Shown here piece after piece: positions 1-9,557 of a stretch of DNA of 64,000 nucleotides (within the stretch, counting starts at the first letter, position 1; every line of letters begins with the position of its first letter). This DNA is from Alphaproteobacteria bacterium. Lineage in GTDB: Bacteria; Pseudomonadota; Alphaproteobacteria; UBA2966. The stretch lies in contig JABIFY010000107.1 of the NCBI GenBank assembly GCA_018650465.1, positions 48,209 to 112,208 of the forward strand, in the 5' to 3' direction. Under the pieces are notes generated by a model. It made no database searches. It was not told where the DNA came from and saw nothing but the letters and a program-made list of their open reading frames with translations. The position numbers were made by a program, and so were the translations under genes.

Positions 1-452
1 GCGCAGGCCTGATAGTGTTCGTGATCCTTGAACTGGTCGCGGGCATTTTGGTCCTGGCCCATGTGGTGGAAGTAATAATAGCCCTGAAAAACGCCATGGT
101 GGCGGATGATCCAGTGGTTTTTGTCGCTGACATAGGGCTTGAGCACAGCAGCGGCGAGCTGGCTGTGGTTGTCCGGGGCGATGCTGTCGCCGATGTCGTG
201 CAACAAGGCACAGACCACCAGTTCATCGTCTGCCCCGTCCCGTAAAGCCCGGGTGGCGGATTGCAGGGAATGTTCGTAGCGGTCGACCTTGTAGCCAAGC
301 TTTGGGCCTTGCAACTTCATCAGCATGGCAAGGACTTCGTCCGCCAGCGTTTGGCGCTGGTGTTCCTGAAACAAGGGCGTGAGGAATTCATATTCTTCTT
401 TTGAGCCGTGCTTCATTTCAGTGAAACTGACTTCTCTCAAATCATTATCCAT
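1..452 (-). CDS. HD-domain metal-dependent hydrolase/oxygenase (PhnZ-like family), truncated by the window edge
   Basis: Not in the ORF track. Manual minus-strand translation from ATG 452: MDNDLREVSF...DRYEHSLQSATRALRDGADDELVVCALLHDIGD...WIIRHHG, giving the H...HD...HH pattern. Open to position 1. Confidence 0.8.
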   Translation of the reverse strand, partial: MDNDLREVSFTEMKHGSKEEYEFLTPLFQEHQRQTLADEVLAMLMKLQGPKLGYKVDRYEHSLQSATRALRDGADDELVVCALLHDIGDSIAPDNHSQLAAAVLKPYVSDKNHWIIRHHGVFQGYYYFHHMGQDQNARDQFKDHEHYQAC

Positions 453-453
453 A

Positions 454-3400
454 TCAGTTATCCTGTCCGTCGACGGGTTTATCATCTGTTGTGGTAGATG
501 GCTTGAAACTGCCAAACAAAAGTTTTCTGAGCGGTCCTGGAGCGAGCGCTGACAAGGGGTTAACCGTGACCTTGGGACGGGAAATAGGGCCGGAGACTTC
601 GTAGGTCAGGCCAAATATTCCCTCGCCCTTGCCGCCAACCAGCAACCTTCCCAGGATCGGGATATTACCCAGCACAGAATTAATCGTATAGGCAGGCACC
701 AGGGTGCCCTGCAGGGCGACACGAGACAAGTTTCGATCAACCGCCCCTTCGATGGTGACACCAAGTGAAGGACCATAAGCCCGGGCGTCGCGAGTGCGGA
801 TGATGCCGTTGCGCATTTCAAAAGGCGCCTCGAACTGGACAAAGGGAATGCCGTTATTGGTCAGAATATTGGCCACGCCGGACAGTGAGCCCACGGTCAA
901 AATGTTGGCCAAAGTCGGCGCATCCACGACCTTGAATTTTTTCAGAACGACCTTGCCACGCATAGGCTGGTCTTTTTCCTGCTCGAAGATCGTCGCATCC
1001 AGGGCCAGCGCACCGCCAAAGGCATTTTCAAAAATGCCCAGCTTGCGCATAACGCCCCCGCCATCTGCAGAGCGGACCTTGATCTCACTTTTTTCAGCCG
1101 AAGAACTGAAAGCCAAATCAATGGGCACGCCGCCGACCAGGTCACCACGGGACAGGTCGCCCTTGGCACTCAGGTTACGCCAGTATGATCCATCAAAGTT
1201 GGCGCTGCCTGCCATGTTATCCAGCATCTGGGTGTCGTCGAGTATCAACCGCCCCAGCTGCATTGAAATACTCAAAGGCGGCAAATCCTGTCCGGCCTTG
1301 GCGGCGTCATTTCCCAGGAACCGTGACATGTAGGGACGCACATCAAATTGCGCGCCATTCAGTGCGATAATATACCCGGCAGGCTGAAGTGGCCTGACCG
1401 CCGCAGAAACTTCTGACAGTCCAAACTTCAAGAGATTAAGTTCGAGGTTTTTCAGTGTAGCCCCTGCCCCAATTTCCACCTTGCCATTTGTTTCCAGTCC
1501 ACCGCCGACATAACTGAAGTCACCACCAAAGCCAAAACTGGCAGGAGTGGGCTGATTTCCAGTGGAAACAGCTGGCTGATTTCCAGTGGAAACAGCTTGC
1601 TGACTTTCGTTGGAAGTCGCTGGCAAGACAAACTGAAAATCAATCTGGGCCGGGATACCGGCGGCTTTTTGCCATAATAATTCGGGCAAAGCCAAAGCGG
1701 CGGCGGTCAGGTCGACATTCATATCGCCGCCTTTTACCTGCCAGTTTTCCGCCACCATGTTGGCCGTAATTGCCACCGGCCCTGCCAGCCAACTGATGTC
1801 GGGCATGTTCAAACCCTTGCGGGCAGCCTCATCCAGCACGGTCGACATCTGAAGCTGCGATGACTTGGCAGCCTCACCATAAAACTCTTGATGCCAGGTG
1901 ACATTGGCGGCAACGCCCGCGACATGTACGTCACCGGTGATATCAATGGCGTTGGCGTCGATGCTGACGGCCAGGCCCCCCTTGCTCAGAGGCAAGCCAC
2001 CGATGCCTTTTGGCATGGAAAAATCCCGCACGTTCGCAGCAGCGGCGAACAAAACATCTTTGGGGTCCAGTTCCTCGGTTAAAGGCAATTTGATCCGGGC
2101 ACGAGCCGCCATTTCACCACCCAGCTCAGCCGGAACAACGCCCAATGTCGTGGCAAAACCGAAAGGTTCCATATCCAGAATGGCCATGCCCTCATTCACT
2201 GGTCCACTGACCACAAAGGAAATATCTACATCCGGGTTTTCACCATTTAACTCGCTCAGCAGAACTTTGCCTTCTGACATGACGAGCGAATTCACCTGGC
2301 CTTCTTCAACAGAAATATCGAGGCTATTGACGGTCATTCTTGCTGTGCCGGTGGCGCCAACAAGCAACGGCAATTTTGGCAAATAACGGGTTGTCAGATC
2401 TTCGAAACGTAGCGCGAGATCCAGCGCATCATCTGGCAGCGTATCCTTTGTGAAGTCTTCTGGCCGAATTCGCAAAACGAAATTGCCTTCGGACACCTGG
2501 CCTTGGCGAATATTCGTCAAGACCCAGTCCCGCGCCAAAGGGGCGAGGTTTGGCGGCCAGTATTCGCCAAGGTCTGCCATAGGCACATTCCGCAGGGTGC
2601 CTTCCAGAACACCGCCAGCCGACCAGACGTCTCCATCTTGTTGGAGTTTGATGTTGCCCTTGGCGACGCCCGACGGCCCGCCCGTATCAACAATGATTTG
2701 TGCAAGTTCGACAGAGCGATAATCCTGCTTGATCACCCCTCGCGCCGCTAACTGTGAAAATACCAGCGAGCCCGCAAAAAAGTCAGGCAGTGTCACAACG
2801 CCCGGACCGCCCGCAAGATCAAAATCAACTGGCGCTGTGCGACCATCAAGGTAAAGGGTTGTTGATATCTTGCCGCTCACCGGTGCTGCGAAGGCTGACA
2901 AGGGCTTTAAGGTTGGTACATGGGCAGCCAGTTCGGCAGGCAGAAAGTCCGCCAGATCAAGACTGATGTCCAGTTTTTGCTCAATATTATGGTAATTGGC
3001 AACCGCCGATATGCGTGTTGCCCCGCCGCCGATCTCCACATCAGCAATGATATTGCCGTCGATGCCGTCGGTTGACCGCAGCAGGGAGATATCTGCCCAG
3101 GGTGCCCGCCAGGTTGTTCGCGTCGCATGGTCAACCAATAATATATCTGCGTTCAGAACACTGATCCGCGATAAAAACCCGTCTCTGCGGTCTTTGACTG
3201 ATGGGTTCAACAGTGCTTCGAAAAATGTCGCCGCTGCATTTCCCGTGGCAGAGCCAATTTTCGACCCCAAACCCAGGTCGAAGCGCCCGTCTTTCGTCCG
3301 CAACAAACGGACTTGTGGCCGTAGCAGGTCCAGGGTCGTGGGCACGATGCGGCCATCCAGAATTGCCGCACCGCTCAGGCCCAATGAAATTTCGGGTATC

Positions 3401-3678
3401 CGGGCAATGGATTCACCCTTTTCATTTAACAAACGAACGCCAATGGCGCGCACATCCAGCGTGCGATCCCAGCCAGCCCAGGTCAGGATCGTATCATCCA
3501 TCTCAACCTGAACACCTGCCCTGCCCAGAGTCAGGGCTTCTTTGAGGTAAGGTGTCAAAAAGCCGAGGGAAACCGGACCGGAAGACAGCAACCAGGCAAA
3601 GACGGCGAATGCCATGGCAAGGCTTGCCGCCATGGCGCCGAATATCTGAAGTACAAATTTGCCTGCCGGCAGGATCAT
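454..3678 (-). CDS. YhdP/AsmA-like (DUF3971 + AsmA_2) intermembrane lipid-bridge protein
   Basis: 1074 aa. N-terminal TM anchor, YWP...ARDWV motif, C-terminal GTLVPAY..N..LG.IP..G..L.G..GEG.FG..Y...G....P.V.VNPLSALAPG.LR. Divergent from glnE as in other alphaproteobacteria. Confidence 0.85.
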   Translation of the reverse strand: MILPAGKFVLQIFGAMAASLAMAFAVFAWLLSSGPVSLGFLTPYLKEALTLGRAGVQVEMDDTILTWAGWDRTLDVRAIGVRLLNEKGESIARIPEISLGLSGAAILDGRIVPTTLDLLRPQVRLLRTKDGRFDLGLGSKIGSATGNAAATFFEALLNPSVKDRRDGFLSRISVLNADILLVDHATRTTWRAPWADISLLRSTDGIDGNIIADVEIGGGATRISAVANYHNIEQKLDISLDLADFLPAELAAHVPTLKPLSAFAAPVSGKISTTLYLDGRTAPVDFDLAGGPGVVTLPDFFAGSLVFSQLAARGVIKQDYRSVELAQIIVDTGGPSGVAKGNIKLQQDGDVWSAGGVLEGTLRNVPMADLGEYWPPNLAPLARDWVLTNIRQGQVSEGNFVLRIRPEDFTKDTLPDDALDLALRFEDLTTRYLPKLPLLVGATGTARMTVNSLDISVEEGQVNSLVMSEGKVLLSELNGENPDVDISFVVSGPVNEGMAILDMEPFGFATTLGVVPAELGGEMAARARIKLPLTEELDPKDVLFAAAANVRDFSMPKGIGGLPLSKGGLAVSIDANAIDITGDVHVAGVAANVTWHQEFYGEAAKSSQLQMSTVLDEAARKGLNMPDISWLAGPVAITANMVAENWQVKGGDMNVDLTAAALALPELLWQKAAGIPAQIDFQFVLPATSNESQQAVSTGNQPAVSTGNQPTPASFGFGGDFSYVGGGLETNGKVEIGAGATLKNLELNLLKFGLSEVSAAVRPLQPAGYIIALNGAQFDVRPYMSRFLGNDAAKAGQDLPPLSISMQLGRLILDDTQMLDNMAGSANFDGSYWRNLSAKGDLSRGDLVGGVPIDLAFSSSAEKSEIKVRSADGGGVMRKLGIFENAFGGALALDATIFEQEKDQPMRGKVVLKKFKVVDAPTLANILTVGSLSGVANILTNNGIPFVQFEAPFEMRNGIIRTRDARAYGPSLGVTIEGAVDRNLSRVALQGTLVPAYTINSVLGNIPILGRLLVGGKGEGIFGLTYEVSGPISRPKVTVNPLSALAPGPLRKLLFGSFKPSTTTDDKPVDGQDN
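1550..1597. repeat. Perfect 2 x 24-bp in-frame tandem repeat
   Basis: GGCTGATTTCCAGTGGAAACAGCT twice; encodes AVSTGNQP twice in the YhdP-like protein. Confidence 0.95.
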
Positions 3679-3798
3679 CGCGTTTTGTCCAGGTTTAATA
3701 AAAGTACCGGATCGTCTTTACGGTTTAATGCAGTTTGAAATCTTGACCGAAACAGCCCCTTCAAGCAGTCTCAAACAAATACTGCCAGGGGAATTATA

Positions 3799-6759
3799 GT
3801 GTTTGACTTTTTTTCAGGTTCCGGTGATTTACCGCAACCATACGATGCCAATCGCCTTGATAATGGCTTTGTGGATTGGAAAAACCTGACCTCCACCACA
3901 AGATACCAAACGCTTGGCAACTTTATAACCCGTATAGCTGATGATGCTACCGGTCAACGCTATCTCTCGGCAATCTTTGGCAACAGTCCGTTCCTTGCGC
4001 GCTGTGTCTTGCGAGATCCCGAATTTGTTGCCGAACTGGCCAATGCGTCCCCGGAAGATATTCGCGATACTCTTTTTCTGCGTGTTCGCGAAGAATGCCG
4101 GGCTGCCAAAAATGAAGCCGACATCATGAAAATCCTGCGCCAGAGCAAATCCCGCCTGGCGTTGTTGACGGCAACAGCAGACCTGACAGGAACATGGGCA
4201 TTGGAGACTATTACTGCAAGCCTCAGTGATTTTGCCAGTCTGGCGCTGAATTTATCACTCGAGTTTCTGTTGCGTGCCGAAGCGGCACTCGGGTCTATCG
4301 AACTTGATGATCTGGATGATCCCTGCCGTAGTTCAGGCCTTGTGGTTATTGGTATGGGGAAACTGGGTGCTGGCGAGCTTAATTATTCCAGCGATATCGA
4401 CCTGATCGTTTTATGGGATCAGGAAGTCGTTCGTTATACGGGGCGACGGGGACCTGAAGAAGGTTTTGTTCGCCTGACGCGAAATCTGGTGCGCATCATG
4501 CAAGAGCGGACAGCCGACGGGTATGTTTTTCGCACGGATTTACGGTTGCGACCTGATGCAGGTGCCACACCGGTTGCCCTGTCGATGTTGGCAGCCGAAG
4601 GCTATTATGAAAGTGTCGGGCAAAACTGGGAAAGAGCCGCCATGATAAAAGCGTCACCGGTTGCCGGTGACATTCAGGCAGGCAAGGAATTCCTGAAGCG
4701 TATTTCGCCATTTGTCTGGCGCAAATTTCTCGATTTTGCCGCTATCGACGATATTCATTCCATCAAACGACAGATAAACCGGCATAAGGGGCATTCAACC
4801 GTCACCGTGCCTGGTCACAACATCAAGGTCGGGCGCGGCGGCATTCGTGAAATCGAATTCTTTGCCCAGACCCAGCAGCTGATCGCCGGCGGCCGTGATT
4901 CAACCTTGCGGGTCTCACCAACTTGTCTTGCCTTGCGTGCATTGGCGACAAGCAACCGCATCGGAAATGACGTGGCTGATCAAATGATCGCCTCTTATAC
5001 CTATTTGCGACAACTGGAACATCGTCTGCAGATGATCGCAGACGAACAGACCCAAACTCTCCCTTCCGAGCCCGATAGCTTGTTGCACCTGGCTGTATTT
5101 TTTGGTTATGCAGAATTGGCTGATTTTGAAACAGATTTGTTGTCGCATTTGACCCGGGTTGAAGGACATTATGCAAATCTGTTTGAAGAGTCTCCTGACC
5201 TGACAATGGATAGCGATGTCGCTGGTAATCTTGTTTTCACCGGCACTGACGAAGACCCCGAAACATCGACGACCCTGGTTAACATGGGTTATTCTGACCC
5301 GGCAACGGTATCGGCGGCGATCCGGCGCTGGCACCATGGACGGTATCGTGCGACCCGAAGTGTGCGTTCACGTGAGTTGTTGACTGAATTGATGCCTGTT
5401 CTTTTGACGGCCCTGGCTGATACCGCCAATCCAGATGCTGCCTTGTTGAAGTTTGATGAATTCCTCGGCAAGTTACCTGCCGGCGTACAGCTCTTTTCAC
5501 TTTTCCATGCCAACCCTGATTTGCTTGATCTGGTCGCAGAAATTATGGGCGGAGCACCACGACTGGCAGAGTACCTTAGTCGCAATGCGACATTGTTGGA
5601 CGGTGTCATATCTTCAGATTTTTATGATCATTTGCCAAACCAGGAAACGTTGCGAGACGAACTGGAGACTATTCTCGCCGGGGCTCGCGATACCCAGGAC
5701 GTGCTCGACTTCGTGCGCCGTTGGTCCCACGGGCGCCGTTTTCAGGTTGGAGTGCAAATCCTGCGCAGCCTCGCCGATATCACACAATCAGGTCTTTGCC
5801 TGTCGGATATGGCTGATGTCGCCATCGGTGCCATGCTGCCCCGACTATTGTCCGAACTGTCAGAACGCCACGGACTTATCCCGGGCGGACAATTTGTTGT
5901 TATTGCTATGGGTAAATTGGGGGCTCAGGAAATGACAGCCGGGTCCGATCTGGATTTGACTTTTGTCTATGATCATCCCGATGATGTTTCCTTTTCAGAT
6001 GGTGAGAAACCGCTGTCAGCGAGTGAATATTATGCCCGCCTCAGCAAGCGTTTGATTAACGCCCTGACAGCCATGACGGCGGAAGGACATCTGTATGATG
6101 TTGATATGAGATTGCGTCCATCTGGTGCAGCCGGGCCAATTGCAGTTCGACTAAACGGCTTTCGAAAATATCAACAGGAAGAGGCCTGGACCTGGGAGCA
6201 TATGGCCATGATCAGAGCCCGTATTGTCGCGGGTCCTGACGAACTTGCGAGCAAGGTCATGGCTGTCGTGCAGGAAGCTCTTTGCATTTCAAGGGATGAC
6301 GAAGAACTTCGAAATGCTATCGCCGACATGCGAGACCGGATTGACCAGGAACGACACACAAAGAACCCCTGGTCCACAAAATATGTCCGTGGAGGTGTTG
6401 TCGACATTGAATTTATTTCACAATATCTCATACTCAAAAATGCGACGAAGACACCGGAAATAATTGATGGCAAAACAGCAAGGGCATTTCGTAAATTGAG
6501 TAATGCTGGTTATCTGGATCAAGACCTTGCCAACGATTTGATTGAAGGCACAATGTTAATGCGAACCTTGCAAGGAATATTACGACAGACGACGGTAGAT
6601 GTGTTTGAAGAAAGCGATGCGCCGGAAGGATTAAAAAGTGCTTTGGCGAAAGCCAACAACGAACCAACATTCGAAAGTTTAAAGATCAAGGTTGAAGAAA
6701 CAGAAGCACATTTGTTTGTACAATTTGACAAGATAATAGGCGTTCCGACGAAAAGATGA
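3799..6759 (+). CDS. glnE: Bifunctional glutamine synthetase adenylyltransferase/adenylyl-removing enzyme
   Basis: 986 aa with two nucleotidyltransferase domains: GMGKLGAGELNYSSDIDLI and AMGKLGAQEMTAGSDLDL; RTDLRLRP and DMRLRPSG. Confidence 0.97.
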   Translation: MFDFFSGSGDLPQPYDANRLDNGFVDWKNLTSTTRYQTLGNFITRIADDATGQRYLSAIFGNSPFLARCVLRDPEFVAELANASPEDIRDTLFLRVREECRAAKNEADIMKILRQSKSRLALLTATADLTGTWALETITASLSDFASLALNLSLEFLLRAEAALGSIELDDLDDPCRSSGLVVIGMGKLGAGELNYSSDIDLIVLWDQEVVRYTGRRGPEEGFVRLTRNLVRIMQERTADGYVFRTDLRLRPDAGATPVALSMLAAEGYYESVGQNWERAAMIKASPVAGDIQAGKEFLKRISPFVWRKFLDFAAIDDIHSIKRQINRHKGHSTVTVPGHNIKVGRGGIREIEFFAQTQQLIAGGRDSTLRVSPTCLALRALATSNRIGNDVADQMIASYTYLRQLEHRLQMIADEQTQTLPSEPDSLLHLAVFFGYAELADFETDLLSHLTRVEGHYANLFEESPDLTMDSDVAGNLVFTGTDEDPETSTTLVNMGYSDPATVSAAIRRWHHGRYRATRSVRSRELLTELMPVLLTALADTANPDAALLKFDEFLGKLPAGVQLFSLFHANPDLLDLVAEIMGGAPRLAEYLSRNATLLDGVISSDFYDHLPNQETLRDELETILAGARDTQDVLDFVRRWSHGRRFQVGVQILRSLADITQSGLCLSDMADVAIGAMLPRLLSELSERHGLIPGGQFVVIAMGKLGAQEMTAGSDLDLTFVYDHPDDVSFSDGEKPLSASEYYARLSKRLINALTAMTAEGHLYDVDMRLRPSGAAGPIAVRLNGFRKYQQEEAWTWEHMAMIRARIVAGPDELASKVMAVVQEALCISRDDEELRNAIADMRDRIDQERHTKNPWSTKYVRGGVVDIEFISQYLILKNATKTPEIIDGKTARAFRKLSNAGYLDQDLANDLIEGTMLMRTLQGILRQTTVDVFEESDAPEGLKSALAKANNEPTFESLKIKVEETEAHLFVQFDKIIGVPTKR

Positions 6760-6886
6760 TGGAACAAAAATAAAAACAAAATGAAGATAAACCTTGATCG
6801 TTGTTCCGGAAAAGTGTTGGTATCATTTTGTTAATCATGTTTGCTTATTGGATTAGATGATTTTAACGCCCAGAGGGAGGCCACTA

Positions 6887-7330
6887 ATGGCGAAAGCGAC
6901 CACGAAGAAAAAACCTGCTGCAAAGAAAAAAGCTCCTGCCAAGAAAGCTGCTGCGAAGAAAAAAGTAGCGGCCAAAAAGGCACCGGCTAAAAAAGCGGCT
7001 GCAAAGAAAAAAGCTCCGGCTAAAAAAGCCGCTGCCAAAAAAGCTCCAGCTAAAAAAGCTGCAAAGAAAAAAGCGCCGGCTAAAAAAGCCGCTGCCAAAA
7101 AAGCTCCAGCGAAAAAAGCTGCAAAGAAAAAAGCGCCGGCTAAAAAAGCCGCTGCTAAAAAAGCTCCAGCGAAAAAAGCTGCGAAGAAAAAGGCACCGGC
7201 TAAAAAGGCCGCTGCCAAAAAAGCTCCAGCGAAAAAAGCTGCAAAGAAAAAAGCTCCGGCTAAAAAAGCAGCTGCCAAGAAAGCTCCAGCGAAAAAAGCC
7301 AAGGCCAAAAAATCCAAGGGCAAAAAATAG
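6887..7330 (+). CDS. Histone H1-like Lys/Ala/Pro-rich nucleoid protein
   Basis: GGGAGG RBS before ATG 6887; 147 aa made almost entirely of KKAPAKKAA(A/K) repeats. Confidence 0.85.
   Translation: MAKATTKKKPAAKKKAPAKKAAAKKKVAAKKAPAKKAAAKKKAPAKKAAAKKAPAKKAAKKKAPAKKAAAKKAPAKKAAKKKAPAKKAAAKKAPAKKAAKKKAPAKKAAAKKAPAKKAAKKKAPAKKAAAKKAPAKKAKAKKSKGKK
6980..7298. repeat. About 5 copies of a 60-bp coding repeat
   Basis: The 60-nt lines starting at 7021, 7081, 7141, 7201 and 7261 are near-identical (20-aa unit KKAAAKKAPAKKAAKKKAPA). Confidence 0.9.
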
Positions 7331-7331
7331 T

Positions 7332-7838
7332 TTGAGCAAATCTGAATCGGTAAAAGCCGGCAGCACAAAAAAAATATCGGCTCCTCAAGAGGGCGCACGT
7401 GCTCCGGCATTTACTTTACCATCTGATGGTGACGGCAAGGTCGCCTTAAAAGATCTTGTCGACAGCCACGTCGTTCTTTATTTCTACCCGAAAGACGACA
7501 CCTCTGGATGTACCAAAGAAGCGATCGCATTTACGGAAAACCTGGCGAAATTCAAACGCGCCGGTGCGATCGTCTTTGGTGTCTCCAGGGATACTGTGGC
7601 CAAGCACGACAAATTCAAATCCAAACACCAGTTAGGAATCACATTGCTGTCTGATGAAGACGGCAAGATTTGTGAGAAATATGGTGTCTGGGTCGAAAAA
7701 AACATGTACGGCCGGAAGTACATGGGAATTGAACGGGCAACATTTCTGATTTCTGGTGGGAAAATCGCCAAGCTGTGGCGAAAGGTCAAGGTTGCCGGTC
7801 ACGTTGAAGAAGTTCTGGAGGCCGTAAAGTCTCTTTGA
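7332..7838 (+). CDS. bcp: Peroxiredoxin Bcp (PrxQ)
   Basis: YFYPKDDTSGCTKEA peroxidatic-Cys motif; YGVWVEKNMYGRKYMGIERATFLI. TTG start 1 nt after the upstream stop. Confidence 0.95.
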   Translation: MSKSESVKAGSTKKISAPQEGARAPAFTLPSDGDGKVALKDLVDSHVVLYFYPKDDTSGCTKEAIAFTENLAKFKRAGAIVFGVSRDTVAKHDKFKSKHQLGITLLSDEDGKICEKYGVWVEKNMYGRKYMGIERATFLISGGKIAKLWRKVKVAGHVEEVLEAVKSL

Positions 7839-8222
7839 GATAAATTTCGCCCGAGAGCAGGACTTTCGCCTGAAATTTTCAGCAATTTCTCAGGAAATTG
7901 CCAATCTATTCGATCATGACAATCGTTTAGTGGGCCGCCTGGTACAATTTGAACAGCCCAAATCGCCGTAAAAGGCCTCTAAATTGCTATTATGACTTAC
8001 ATTTTTTATGGCCACCTGGCTATAATGGGGTGTTTCCGGCTTTGATGGGCAAGCAGCCAGGCGTAATTCAACAGGCGATTTCTCATAAGCAGGTGATGGG
8101 TATAGAGTGAAAAGGCACATGCTATTTCGGTTGAGCCGGAATTGCCTTTGCGTCTTTTGGGGTTTTATTGCGCGATCAGTCTGGTTTGGAAATTTGATTG
8201 CCATTGTTTGAAGGGGTTGCCC

Positions 8223-9557
8223 GTGGGGGAGCCGGAAAACTATAGTTTGCGTGAAAAACTGACGATTTTCTGGGAGCGCTGCTTTCCGGAACGCCAGTTT
8301 TATTATCGCAGCCGGGGTAATGTTCGCTATATATCAGTGAAAGGCCTCACCCAGTCGCTGGTATTAACCAGTGCGACGGGATTTGTTGGCTGGGTTATTT
8401 TTGCCTCCGTTTTTCTGGTGTTTAAAAACGACATTATCGCCAGCAAAAATGAGCAAATTTCAGATATTCAGGCCAACTACGACGATTTAGCCTCCCGGTT
8501 AATCAATGCAGAAGATCGCTTTTCTGCGCTGACAAGCGAAATCGAAGCCAAGCATAAACAGCTGGTGATGATCGTTACGCAAAATGCCGAGCTGGAAAAA
8601 CGGCTTGGGCTTCTTAATCGTGAATTGAAAAAAGTGTCTTCCGCCCGGGACGATGCCCTGTCGACCAAGGCTAAGCTGGCACGCCAGGTTGCCCGACTTG
8701 ATGCCGATATCAGATCGACCAGTCAAAATAACAATTCCCTTGAAAAAGCTATGCAAGGGGCTCTGGGCAAAATTGGCGCACTGACGAAGGAGCGCAACAA
8801 TGCCCTGCAGACCAGTGACGCGCTGGGCCTGCATGTCGATCGCCTCGAAGTGCGCCTGTCAGATATCAAGTCTTCACAGCAGAACCTGATTACCCGACTG
8901 CATGAACGAACAGCTTTGAATGTCGCTGAAATGGAAGAAATGATCCTGATCACCGGTATTGATCTGGCTGGGCTTGTGAAAAAAGCCAACCCCAGAGCTG
9001 TGGCTCAAGGTGGTCCCCTGGTCAAACTGAAGGCTGACGAAGAATTCTCCTTTGTTGGCATGAATACAGGTTTTGAAAACAGCGTGACGGCCCTGGAGGC
9101 CCATTTGGGTCGCTGGGAGGGCTTGCAGAACATCGTGCAGAGCATTCCGCTAGCGGCACCGGCGGACAGCTACTACCTCTCCAGTGGCTATGGCCGTCGC
9201 AAAGACCCCTTCACAAAGCGCTGGGCCAGTCATCACGGTCTGGATTTTGCCGGTCATTTTAAAACAAGAATCAGGGCGACTGCCGCTGGCAAAGTAACTT
9301 TTGCAGGAAATAATGGCCCTTACGGAAAAATGATCGAAATAGATCATGGCCTGGGCATAAAAACCCGCTATGGCCATTTGCACCGAATTCTTGTAAAAAA
9401 GGGCCAGAGTGTTGATTTTCGGGATAAAATTGGCCTGATGGGCAGCACAGGTCGAAGCACCGGTCACCACGTCCATTACGAAGTAATTTATAACGGCAAG
9501 ACGTTGGATCCGGCAAAATTTCTGAAGGCGGGCAGATATGTTTTCAAAAACGGATAA
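8223..9557 (+). CDS. Membrane-anchored coiled-coil M23 endopeptidase (DUF5930/LmdC-like)
   Basis: FPERQ N-terminus, TM helix, long coiled coil, HHGLD (HxxxD) and HVH Zn motifs. GTG 8223 follows AAGGGG. Confidence 0.9.
   Translation: MGEPENYSLREKLTIFWERCFPERQFYYRSRGNVRYISVKGLTQSLVLTSATGFVGWVIFASVFLVFKNDIIASKNEQISDIQANYDDLASRLINAEDRFSALTSEIEAKHKQLVMIVTQNAELEKRLGLLNRELKKVSSARDDALSTKAKLARQVARLDADIRSTSQNNNSLEKAMQGALGKIGALTKERNNALQTSDALGLHVDRLEVRLSDIKSSQQNLITRLHERTALNVAEMEEMILITGIDLAGLVKKANPRAVAQGGPLVKLKADEEFSFVGMNTGFENSVTALEAHLGRWEGLQNIVQSIPLAAPADSYYLSSGYGRRKDPFTKRWASHHGLDFAGHFKTRIRATAAGKVTFAGNNGPYGKMIEIDHGLGIKTRYGHLHRILVKKGQSVDFRDKIGLMGSTGRSTGHHVHYEVIYNGKTLDPAKFLKAGRYVFKNG

Noticed and set aside
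6853-7410. Antisense Phe/Leu/Ala-rich ORFs (185 and 160 aa)
   Set aside because: Mirror frames of the Lys/Ala repeat gene; the plus-strand gene has the RBS and operon context.
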